Shown: one piece after another, positions 1 to 12,600 of the stretch | How positions within the stretch are numbered: position 1 is the stretch's first letter | Layout of the letters: each line of letters begins with the position of its first letter | Assembly (NCBI GenBank): GCA_964016885.1 | Contig: OZ024744.1 | Location: forward strand, 5,394,001 to 5,458,000 | DNA: 64,000 nucleotides | Direction: 5' to 3' | Source: Eledone cirrhosa | Taxonomy: Eukaryota | Made by a program: the position numbers and the translations under genes | Notes under the pieces: model-generated | Database searches by the model: none | Seen by the model: only the letters and a program-made list of their open reading frames with translations | Told to the model about the DNA's origin: nothing

Positions 1-3000
1 AAGTGAGGTTGGTAGCAGAGGTCTATCTTGGTAGACAGCGGTGTTGGTAGCAGAGGTTTATATTGGTAGACAGTGGTGTTGGTAGCAGAGGTTTATCTTG
101 GTAGACATTGAGGTTGGTAGCAGAGGTCTATCTTGGTAGACAGTGGTGTTGGTAGCAGAGGTCTATGTTGGTAGACAGTGGTGTTGGTAGCAGAGGTCTA
201 TCTTGGTAGACAGTGGTGTTGGTAGCAGATGTCTATATTGGTAGACAGTGGTGTTGGTAGCAGAGGTCTATCTTGGTAGACAGTGAGGTTGGTAGCAGAG
301 GTCTATCTTCGTAGACAGTGAGGTTGGTAGCAGAGGTCTATCTTGGTAGACAGTGGTGTTGGTAGCAGAGGTCTATGTTGGTAGACAGTGAGGTTGGTAG
401 CAGAGGTCTATCTTGGTAGACAGTGAAGTTGGTAGCAGAGGTCTATCTTGGTAGACAGTGAGGGTGGTAGCAGAGGTCTATCTTGGTAGACAGTGGTGTT
501 CGTAGCAGAGGTCTATCTTGGTAGACAGTGGTGTTGGTAGCAGAGGTCTATCTTGGTAGACAGTGAGGTTGGTAGCAGAGGTCTATCTTGGTAGACAGTG
601 GTGTTGGTAGCAGAGGTCTATCTTGGTAGACAGTGGGGTGGGTAGCAGAGGTCTATCTTGGTAGACAGTGGTGTTGGTAGCAGAGGTCTATCTTGGTAGA
701 CAGTGGTGTTGGTAGCAGAGGTCTATGTTGGTAGACAGTGGTGTTGGTAGCAGAGGTTAATCTTGGTAGACAGTGGTGTTGGTAGCAGAGGTCTATCTTG
801 GTAGACAGTGGTGTTGGTAGCATAGATCCATCTTGGTAGACAGTAGTGTTGGTAGCAGAGGTCTATGTTGGTAGACAGTGGTGTTTGTAGCAGAGGTCTA
901 TGTTGGTAGACAGTGGTGTTGGAAGCAGAGGTCTATCTTAGTAGACAGTGGTGTGGTACATAGGTCTATGTTGGTAGACAGTGAGGTTGGTAGCAGAGGT
1001 CTATATTGGTAGACAGTGAGGTTGGTAGCAGAGGTCTATCTTGGTAGACAGTGAGGTTGGTAGCAGAGCTCTATCTTGGTAGAAAGTGGTGTTGGTAGCA
1101 GAGGTCTATGTTGGTAGACAGTGGTGTTGGTAGCAGAGGTTTATCTTGGTAGACAGTGGTGTTGGTAGCAGAGGTCTATGTTGGTAGACAGTGGTGTTGG
1201 TAGCAGAGGTATATCTTGGTAGGCAGTGGTGTTGGTAGCAGAGCTCTATCTTGGTAGACAGTGGTGTTGGTAGCAGAGGTCTTTCTTGGTAGACAGTGGT
1301 GTTGCTAGCAGAGGTCTATGTTGGTAGAAAGTGAGGTTGGTAGCTGAGGTCTATGTTGGTAGACAGTGGTGTTGGTAGCAGAAGTCTATCTTGGTAGACA
1401 GTGAGGTTGGTAGCAGAGGTCTATCTTGGTAGACAGTGGTGTTGGTAGCAGAGGTCTATCTTGGTAGACAGTGGTGTTGGTAGCAGAGGTCTATCTTGGT
1501 AGACAGTGGTGTTGGTAGCAGAGGTCTATCTTGGTAGACAGTGGTGTTGGTAGCAGAGGTCTATCTTGGTAGACAGTGGTGTTGCTAGCAGAGGTCTATC
1601 TTGGTAGACAGTGGTGTTGGTAGCAAAGGTCTATGTTGGTAGACAGTGAGGTTGGTAGCAGAGGTCTATCTTGGTAGACAGTGAGGGTGCTTGCAGAGGT
1701 CTATCTTGGTAGACAGTGGTGTTGGTAGCAGAGGTCTATCTTGGTAGACAGTGAGGTTGGTATCAGAGGTCTATCTTGGTAGACAGTGAGGTTGGTAGCA
1801 GAGGTCTATGTTGGTAGACAGTGGTGTTGGTAGCATAGGTCTATCTTGGTAGACAGTGGTGTTGGTAGCAGAGGTCTATGTTGGTAGACAGTGGTGTTGG
1901 TAGTAGAGGTCTATCTTGCTAGACAGTGGTGTTGGTAGCAGATGTCTATCTTGGTAGACAGTGGTGTTGGTAGCAGAGGTCTATCTTGGTAGACAGTGGT
2001 GTTGGTAGCAGATATCTATCTTGGTAGACAGTGGTGTTGGTAGCAGAGGTCTATGTTGGTAGACAGTGGTGTTGGTAGCAGAGGTCTATCTTGGTAGTCA
2101 GTGGTGTTGGTAGCAGAGGTCTATCTTGGTAGACAGTGGTGTTGGTAGCAGAGGTCTATCTTGGTAGACAGTGGTGTTGGTAGCAGAGGTCTATGTTGGT
2201 AGAAAGTGAGGTTGGTAGCAGAGGTCTATGTTGGTAGACAGTGGTGTTGGTAGCATAGGTCTATCTTGGTAGACAGTGGTGTTGGTAGAAGAGGTCTATG
2301 TTGGTAGACAGTGAGGTTGGTAGCAGAGGTCTATCTTGGCAGACAGTGAGGTTGGTAGCAGAGGTCTATGTTGGTAGACAGTGGTGTTGGTAGCAGAGGT
2401 CTATGTTGGTAGACAGTGGTGTTGCTAGCAGAGGTCTATCTTGGTAGACAGTGGTGTTGGTAGCAGAGGTCTATCTTGGTAGACAGTGGTTTTGGTAGCA
2501 GAGGTCTATATTGGTAGACAGTGGTGTTGGTAGTAGAGGTCTATCTTGGTAGACAGTGGTGTTGGTAGCAGAGGTCTATCTTGGTAGACATTTGTTTTGG
2601 TAGCAGAGGTCTATATTGGTAGACAGTGGTGTTGGTAGTAGAGGTCTATCTTGGTAGACAGTGGTGTTGGTAGCAGACATCTATCTTGGTAGACAGTGGT
2701 GTTGGTAGCAGATGTCTATCTTGGTAGACAGTGGTGTTGGTAGCAGAGGTCTATCTTGGTAGGCAGTGGTGTTGGTAGCAGAGGTCTATCTTGGTAGACA
2801 GTGGTGTTGGTAGCAGAGGTCTATGTTGGTAGACAGTGGTGTTGGTAACAGAGGTCTATCTTGGTAGACAGTGGTGTTGGAAGCAGAGGTCTATCTTGGT
2901 AGACAGTGGTGTTGGTAGCAGAGGTCTATCTTGGTAGACAGTGTTATTGGTAGCAGAGGTCTATCTTGGTAGACAGTGGTGTTGGTAACAGAGGTCTATC

Positions 3001-3843
3001 TTGGTAGACAGTGGTGTTGGTAGCAGAAGTATATCTTGGTAGACAGTGATGTTAGTAGAATAGGTCTATGTTGGTAGAAAGTGAGGTTGGTAGCAGAGGT
3101 TTATCTTGGTAGACAGTGAGGTTGGTAGCAGAGGTCTATCTTGGTAGACAGTGAGGTTGGTAGCAGAGGTCTATCTTGGTAGATAGTGGTGTTGGTAGCA
3201 GAGGTCTATGTTGGTAGACAGTGAGATTGGTAACATAGGTCTATCTTGGTAGACAGTGAGGTTGGTAGCAGAGGTCTATCTTGGTAGACAGTGAGGGTGG
3301 TAGCAGAGGTCTATCTTGGTAGACAGTGGTGTTGGTAGCAGAGGTCAATGTTGGTAGACAGTGGTGTTTTTAGCAGAGGTTAATCTTGGTAGACAGTGGT
3401 GTTGGTAGCAGAAGTCTATCTTGGTAGACAGTGGGGTTGGTAGCAGAGGTCTATCTTGGTAGACAGTAGTGTTGGTAGCAGAGGTCTATGTTGGTAGACA
3501 GTGGTGTTGGAAGCAGAGGTCTATCTTAGTAGACAGTGGTGTTGGTACAGAGGTCTATGTTGGTAGACAGTGAGGTTGGTAGCAGAGGTCTATATTGGTA
3601 GACAGTGAGGTTGGTAGCAGAGGTCTATCTTGGTAGACAGTGAGGTTGGTAGCAGAGCTCTATCTTGGTAGACAGTGGTGTTGGTACAGAGGTCTATGTT
3701 GGTAGACAGTGGTGTTGGTAGCAGAGGTCTATCTTGGTAGACAGTGTGGTTGGTAGCAGAGGTCTATCTTGGTAGACAGTGGTGTTGGTAGCAGAGGTCT
3801 ATCTTGGTAGACAGTGGTGTTGGTAGCAGAGGTTTATCTTGGT
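1..3843. repeat. Tandem satellite array A, 35-bp monomer (consensus CAGTGGTGTTGGTAGCAGAGGTCTATCTTGGTAGA), ~110 copies, truncated by the window start
   Basis: CAGTGGTGTT recurs at 141, 176, 211 (period 35). Main polymorphisms are GGTG/GAGG and TATC/TATG/TATA. The array ends at ...TTTATCTTGGT (3843). Confidence 0.98.
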
Positions 3844-4489
3844 TGTAGACGGCAAAGACAACAACAAACTATTGTGTAGCTGGTAAAGACACCAACAAAC
3901 TATTGTGTAGCCGGTCAAGACACGAAGAAACTAATATGGAGCCGGTAAAGGCACCAACAAACTATTGTGTAGCCGGTAAAGACACCAACAAACTATTGTG
4001 TAGCCGGTAAAAACACCAACAAACTATTGTGTAGCCGGGAAAGACACCAATAAACTATTGTGTAGCTGTTTAAGACAACAACAAACTATTGTGTAGCCGG
4101 TACAGACACCAACAAACTATTGTGTAGCCGGTAAAGGCCCCAACAAACTATTGTGTTGCCGGTAAAGACACCAACAAACTATTGTGTAGCCGATAAACAA
4201 CAACAAACTATTATGTATCCGGTAAAGACACCAACAAATTAATGTGTAGCCGGTAAAGACACCAACAAACTATTGTGTAGCCGGTAAAGACAACAACACA
4301 CTATTGTGTAGCCGGCAAAGACACCAAGAAACTAATGTGTAGCCGGTAAAGACACCAACAAACTATTGTGTAGCCGGAAAAGATACCAACAAACTATTCT
4401 GTAGCCTGTAAAGACAGCAACAAACTATTGTGTAGCGGGTAAAGACAACAACAAACTATTGTGTAGCCGGTAAAGACACCAACAAAGTA

Positions 4490-6140
4490 TAGTGTAGCCG
4501 GTAAAGACACCAACAAACTATTGTGTAGCCGGTAAAGATACCAACAAACTATTCTGTAGCCTGTAAAGTCAGCAACAAACTATTGTGTAGCCGGTAAAGA
4601 CAACAACAAACTATTGTGTAGCCGGTAAAGACACCAACAGACAATTGAGTAGCCGGTAAAGACACCAACAAACTATTGTGTAGCCGGTAAAGACACCAAT
4701 AAACTATTGTGTAGCCGGTAAAGACAACAACAAACTATTGTGTAGCCGGTAAAGACAACAATCTATTGTGTAGCCGGTAAAGACAACAACAAACCAATGT
4801 GTAGCCGATAAAGACACCAACAAACTATTGTGTAGCCGGTAAAGACACCAATAAACTATTGTGTAGCCGGTTAAGACAGCAACAAACTATTGTGTAGCCG
4901 GTAAAGACACCAACAAACTATATTGTGTAGCAGGTAAAGACACCATTAAACTAATGTGTAGCCGGTAAAGACACCAGCAAACTAATATGTAGCCGGTAAA
5001 GACACCAACAAACTATCGTGTAGCCGCTAAAGACACCAACAAACTATTGTGTAGCCGGTAAAGACACCAATAAACTATTGTGTAGCCGGTTAAGACAACA
5101 ACAAACTATTGTGTAGCCGGTAAAGACACCAACAAACTATTGTGTAGCCGTAAAGACACCAGCAAGCTAATATGTAGCCGGTAAAGACACCAACAAACTA
5201 TTGTGTAGTCGCTAAAGACAACAACAAACTATTGTGTAGCCGATAAACAACAACAAACTATTCTGTATCCGGTAAAGACACCAACAAATTAATGTGTAGC
5301 CGGTAAAGACACCAACAAACTATTGTGTAGCCGGTAAAGACAACAACACACTATTGTGTAGCCGGCAAAGACACCAACAAACTATTGTGTAGCCGGTAAA
5401 GATACCAACAAACTATTCTGTAGCCTGTAAAGTCAGCAACAAACTATTGTGTAGCCGGTAAAGACAACAACAAACTATTGTGTAGCCGGTAAAGACACCA
5501 ACAGACAATTGAGTAGCCGGTAAAGACACCAACAAACTATTGTGTAGCCGGTAAAGACACCAATAAACTATTGTGTAGCCGGTAAAGACAACAACAAACT
5601 ATTGTGTAGCCGGTAAAGACACCAACAAATTGTAGCCGGTAAAGACACCAACAAACTATTGTGTAGCCGGTAAAGACAACAATCTATTGTGTAGCCGGTA
5701 AAGACAACAACAAACCAATGTGTAGCCGATAAAGACACCAACAAACTATTGTGTAGCCGGTAAAGACACCAATAAACTATTGTGTAGCCGGTTAAGACAA
5801 CAACAAACTATTGTGTAGCCGGTAAAGACACCAACAAACTATATTGTGTAGCAGGTAAAGACACCATCAAACTAATGTGTAGCCGGTAAAGACACCAGCA
5901 AACTAATATGTAGCCGGTAAAGACACCAACAAACTATCGTGTAGCCGCTAAAGACACCAACAAACTATTGTGTAGCCGGTAAAGACACCAATAAACTATT
6001 GTGTAGCCGGTTAAGACAACAACAAACTATTGTGTAGCCGGTAAAGACACCAACAAACTATTGTGTAGCCGTAAAGACACCAGCAAGCTAATATGTAGCC
6101 GGTAAAGACACCAACAAACTATTGTGTAGTCGCTAAAGAC
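4490..6140. repeat. Local block duplication of ~0.9 kb within array B
   Basis: CTGTAAAGTCAGCAAC at 4561 and 5425 (offset 864). AGCAAGCTAA at 5161 and 6082 (offset 921 = 864+31+26). Shared rare variants ACAATTGAGT and GTAGCAGGT. Confidence 0.8.
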
Positions 6141-6628
6141 ACTAACAAACTATTGTGTAGCCGCTAAAGATACCAACAAACTATTGTGTAACCGGTAAAG
6201 ACTCCAACAAACTATTGTGTAGTCGGTAAAGTCAACAACAAACTATTGTGTAGACGGTAAAGACACCAACAAAGTATAGTGTAGCCGGTAAAGGCACCAA
6301 CAAACTATTGTGTAGCCGGTAAAGATACCAACAAACTATTCTGTAGCCTGTAAAGACAGCAACAAACTATTGTGTAGCCGGTAAAGACACCAACAAACTA
6401 TTGTGTAGCCGGTAAAGACACCAACAGACTATTTTGTAGCCCGTAAAGACACCAACAAACTATTGTGTAGCCGGTAAAGACACCAACAAACTATTGTTTA
6501 GCCGGTAAAGACACCAACAAACTATTGTGTAGCCGGAAAAGACACCAACAAATTATTGCGTAGCCGGTAAAGACACCAACAAACTAATGTGTAGCCGGTA
6601 AAGACAACAATCTATTGTGTAGCCAGTA

Positions 6629-9600
6629 AAGACAACAACAAACTATTGTGTAGCCGGTAAAGACACCAACAAACTGTAGCCGGTAAAGACACCAACAAAC
6701 TATTGTGTAGCCGGTAAAGACAACAATCTATTGTGTAGCCGGTAAAGACAACAACAAACCAATGTGTAGCCGGTAAAGACTCCAACAAACTAATATGTAG
6801 CTGGTAAAGACACCAACAAATTATTGTGTAGCCGGTTAAGACAATAACAACTATTGTGTAGCCGGTAAAGACACCAACAAACTATATGGTGTAGCCGGTA
6901 AAGACACCAACAAAATAATGTGTAGCCGGTAAAGACACCAGCAAAATAATATGTAGCCGGTAAAGACAACAACAAACTATTGTGTAGCCGTTAAAGACAT
7001 AAACGAACTATTGTGTAGCCGGTAAAGACACCAACAAACTATTGTATAGCCGGTAAAGTCACAAACAAACTATTGTGTAGCCGGTAAAGACACCAACAAA
7101 CTAATGTGTAGCCGGTAAAGACACCAACAAACTATTGTGTAGCCGGTAAAGACACCAATAAACTGTAGCCGGTAAAGACACCAACAAACTATTGTGTAGC
7201 CGGTAAAAACACCAACAAACTATTGTGTAACCGGTAAAGACACCAACAAACTATTGTGTAGCCGGTAAAGACACCAACAAACAATTGTGTAGCCGGTAAT
7301 GACATCAACAAACTATTGTGTAGCCGGTAAAGACACCAACGAACTACTGTGTTGCCGGTAAAGACACCAACAAAATATTGTGTAGCCGGTAAAGGCACCA
7401 ACAATTATTGTGTAGCCGGTAAAGACACCAACAGACTGTAGCTGGTTAAGACACCAAGACACCAACAAACTATTGTATAGCCGGCAAGGACAACAACAAA
7501 CTATTGTGTAGCTGGTAAAGACACCAACAAACTATTGTGTAGCCGGTAAAGACACGAACAAACTAATATGGAGCCGGTAAAGACACCAACAAACTATTGA
7601 GTAGCTGGTAAAGACACGAACAAACAAATATGTAGCCGGTAAATACACCAATAAACAATTGTGTAGAGACAGCAACAAACTGTCGTGTAGCCGGTAAAGA
7701 CACCAATAAACTGTAGCCGGTAAAGAAACCAACAAACTACTGTGTAGCCGGTAAAGACACCAACAACCTATTGTCTAGCCGGTAAAGACACCAACCAACT
7801 ATTGCGTAGCCGGTAAAGACACCAAAAAACTATTGTGTAGCCGGTAAAGACACAAACAAACTAATGTGTAGCCGGTAAAGACACCAACAAAAGAATGTGT
7901 AGCCGGTAAAGAGACCAACAAACTAATGTGTAGCCGGTAAAGACCCCAACAAACTATTGTGTAGTTGGTAAAGACACCAACAAACTATTGTGTAGCCGGT
8001 AAAGACAACAACAAACTATTGTGTAGCCGGTAAAGACACCAACAAAGTATAGTGTAGCCGGTAAAGACACCAACAAACTATTGTGTAGCCGGTAAAGATA
8101 CCAACAAACTATTCTGTAGCCTGTAAAGACAGCAACAAAATATTGTGTAGCCGGTAAAGACAACAACAAACTATTGTGTAGCCGGTAATGACACCAACAG
8201 ACAATTGAGTAGCCGGTAAAGACACCAACAAACTATTGTGTAGTCGGTAAAGACACCAATAAACTATTGTGTAGCCGGTAAAGACACCAACAAACTATTG
8301 TGTAGTCGGAAAAGACACCAACAACTTATTGAGTAGCCGGTAAAGACACCAACAAACTAATGTGTAGCCGGTAAAGAAACCAACAAATTATTGTGTAGGC
8401 GGCAAATACACCAACAAACTAATGTGTAGCCGGTAAAGGCACCAACAAACTATTGTGTAGCCGGTAAAGACAACAACAAACTGTAGCCGGTAAAGACACC
8501 AACAAACTATTGTGTAGCCGGTAAAGACAACAATCTATTGTTTAGCCGGTAAAGACAACAACAAACCAATGTGTAGCCGGTAAAGTCACCAGCAAACTAA
8601 TATGTAGCCGGTAAAGACACCAACAAACTATCGTGTAGCCGCTAAAGACACCAACAAACTATTGTGTAGCCGGTAAAGACACCAATAAACTATTGTGTAG
8701 CCGGTTAAGACAACAACAAACTATTGTGTAGCCGCTAAAGACACCAACAAACTATTGTGTAGCCGTAAAGACACCAGCAAGCTAATATGTAGCCGGTAAA
8801 GACACCAACAAACTATTGTGTAGCCGCTAAAGACACCAACAAACTATTGTGTAGCTGCTAAAGATACCAACAAACTATTGTGTAACCGGTAAAGACTCCA
8901 ACAAACTATTGTGTAGTCGGTAAAGTCAACAACAAACTATTGTGTAGACGGTAAAGACACCAACATAGTATAGTGTAGCCGGTAAAGACACCAACAAACT
9001 ATTGTGTAGCCGGTAAAGATACCAACAAACTATTCTGTAGCCTGTAAAGACAGCAACAAACTATTGTGTAGCCGGTAAAGACAACAACAAACTATTGTGT
9101 AGCCGGTAAAGACACCAACAGACTATTGTGTAGCCGGTAAAGAAACCAACAAACTATTGTGTAGCCGGTAAAGACACCAACAAACTATTGTTTAGCCGGT
9201 AAAGACACCAACAAACTATTGTGTAGCCGGAAAAGACACCAACAAATTATTGCGTAGCCGGTAAAGACACCAACAATCTATTGTGTAGCCGGTAAAGACA
9301 ACAACAAACTATTGTGTAGCCGGTAAAGACACCAACAAACTGTAGCCGGTAAAGACACCAACTAACTATTGTGTAGCCGGTAAAGACAACAATCTATTGT
9401 GTAGCCGGTAAAGACAACAACAAACCAATGTGTAGCCGGTAAAGACACCAACAAACTAATATGTAGCCGGTAAAGACCCTAACAAACTATTGTGTAGCCG
9501 GTAAAGACACCAACAAACTATTGTGTAGCCGGTACAGACACCAACAAACTATTGTGTAGCCGGTAAAGGCCCCAACAAACTATTGTGTTGCCGGTAAAGA

Positions 9601-12600
9601 CACCAAAAAACTATTGTGTAACCGGTAAAGACACCAACAAACTATTGTGTAGCCGGCAAAGACACCAACAAACTAATGTGTAGCCGGTAAAGACACCAAC
9701 AAACTATTGTGTAGCCGGTACAGACACCAACAAACTATTGTGTAGCCGGTAAAGGCCCCAACAAACTATTGTGTTGCCGGTAAAGACACCAACAAACTAT
9801 TATGTTTCCGGTAAAGACACCAACAAATTAATGTGTAGCCGGTAAAGACACCAACAAACTATTGTGTAGCCGGTAAAGACAACAACACACTATTGTGTAG
9901 CCGGCAAAGACACCAACAAACTAATGTGTAGCCGGTAAAGACACCAACAAACTATTGCGTAGCCGGTAAAGATACCAACAAACTATTCTGTAGCCTGTAA
10001 AGACAACAACAAACTATTGTGTAGCCGGTAAAGACAACAACAAACTATTGTGTAGCCGGTAAAGACACCAACAAAGTATAGTGTAGGCGGTAAAGACACC
10101 AACAAACTATTGTGTAGCCGGTAAAGATACCAACAAACTATTCTGTAGCCTGTAAAGACAGCAACAAACTATTGTGTAGCCGGTAAAGACAACAACAAAC
10201 TATTGTGTAGCCGGTAAAGACACCAACAGACAATAGTGTAGCCGGTAAAGACACCAACAAACTATTGTGTAGCCGGTAAAGACACCAACAAACTATTGTG
10301 TAGCCGGTAAAGACACCAACAAACTATTGTGTAGCCGGAAAAGACACCAACAAATTATTGCGTAGCCGGTAAAGACACCAAGAAACTATTGTGTAGCCGG
10401 TAAAGACACCAACAAACTAATGTGTAGCCGGTAAAGAAACCAACAAATTATTGTGTAGGCGGCAAATACACCAACAAACTAATGTGTAGCCGGTAAAGGC
10501 ACCAACAAACTATTGTGTAGCCGGTAAAGACAATAACAAACTATTGTGTAGCCGGTAAAGACAACAACAAACTATTGTGTAGCCGGTAAAGACACCAACA
10601 AACTGTAGCCGGTAAAGACACCAACAAACTATTGTGTAGCCGGTAAAGACAACAATCTATTGTGTAGCCGGTAAAGACAACAACAAACCAATGTGTAGCC
10701 GGTAAAGACACCAACAAACTATATTGTGTAGCCGGTAAAGACACCATCAAACTAATGTGTAGCCGGTAAAGACACCAGCAAACTAATATGTAGTCGGTAA
10801 AGACACCAACAAACTATCGTGTAGCCGCTAAAGACACCAACAAACTATTGTGTAGCCGGAAAAGACACCAACAAACTATTGTGTAGCCGGTTAAGACAAC
10901 AACAAACTATTGTGTAGCCGGTAAAGACACCAACAAACTATTGTGTAGCCGTAAAGACACCAGCAAGCCAATATGTAGCCGGTAAAGACACCAACAAACT
11001 ATTGTGTAGCCGCTAAAGACACCAACAAACTATTGTGTAGCCGGTAAAGACAACAACAAACCAATGTGTAGCCGGTAAAGACACCAACAAACTGTTGTGT
11101 AGCCGGTTAAGACAACAAAAAACTATTGTGTAGCCGGTACAGACACCAACAAACTATTGTGTAGCCGGTAAAGGCCCCAACAAACTATTGTGTTGCCGGT
11201 AAAGACACCAACAAACTATTGTGTAGCCGGTAAAGACACCAACAAACTATTGTGTAGCCGGCAAAGACACCAACAAACTAATGTGTAGCCGGTAAAGACA
11301 CCAACAAACTATTGTGTAGCCGGTAAAGACAACAACAACTATTGTTTAGCCGGTAGAGTCAGCAACAAAATGTCGTGTAGCCGGTAAAGACACTAATAAA
11401 CTGTAGCCGGTAAAGAAACCAACAAACTACTGTGTAGCCGGTAAATACACCAACAACCTATTGTCTAGCCGGTAAAGACACCAACCAACTATCGCGTAGC
11501 CGATAAAGACACCAACAAACTATTGTGTAGCCGGTAAAGACACAAACAAACTAATGTGTAGCCGGTAAAGACACCAACAAACGAATGTGTAGCCGGTAAA
11601 GAGACCAACAAACTAATGTGTAGCCGGTAAAGACCCCAACAAACTATTGTGTAGTTGGTAAAGACACCAACAAACTATTATGTAGCCGGTAAAGACATCA
11701 ACAAACTATTGTGTAGCCGGTAAAGACACCAACAATCTATTGTATAGCCGGTAGAGACACCATCAAACTAATGTGTAGCCGGTAAAGACACCAACAAAGT
11801 ATGGTGTAGCCGGTAAAGACACCAATAAACTGTAGCCGGTAAAGACACCAACAAACTGTAGCCGGTAAAGACACCAACAAACTATTGTGTAGCCGGTAAA
11901 GACACCAACAAACTATTATGAAGCCAGTAAAGACACCAACGAACTGTTGTGTAGCCGGTAAAGACACCAACAAATTATTGTGTAGCCGGTAAAGACACCA
12001 ACAAACTATTGAGTAGCTGGTAAAGACACGAACAAACTAATATGTAGCCCGTAAATACACAAACGAACAATTGTGTAGCCGGTAAAGACACCAACAAACT
12101 ATTGTGTAGCCGGTAGAGACACCAACAAACTGTCGTGTAGCCGGTAAAGAATCCAATAAACTGTAGCCGGTAAATACACCAACAAACTGTAGCCGGTAAA
12201 GAAACCAACAATCTACTGTGTAGCCGGTAAAGACACCAACAAACTATTGTTTAGCCGGTAAAGACACCAACAAACTATTGTGTAGCTGGCAAAGACAACA
12301 ACAAACTATTGTGTAGTTGGTAAAGACACCATCAAACTATTGTATAGGCGGTAAAGACACCAAGAAAGTATGGTGTAGCCGGTAAAGACACCAACGAACT
12401 ATTGTGTAGCCGGTAAAGACACCAACAAACTGTAGCCGGTTAAGACACCAACAAACTATTGAGTAGCTGGTAAAGACACGAACAAACTAATATGTAGCCG
12501 GTAAATACACAAACGAACAATTGTGTAGCCGGTAAAGACACCAACTAACTATTGTGTAGCCGGTAGAGACACCAACAAACTGTCGTGTAGCCGGTAAATA

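Noticed and set aside
1-3843. CRISPR array or telomerase-made telomeric repeat (G/T-rich strand, 35 bp, hairpin)
   Set aside because: There are no spacers. The unit is longer and more heterogeneous than known telomerase repeats, and the G-rich strand runs into another satellite rather than toward a visible chromosome end.
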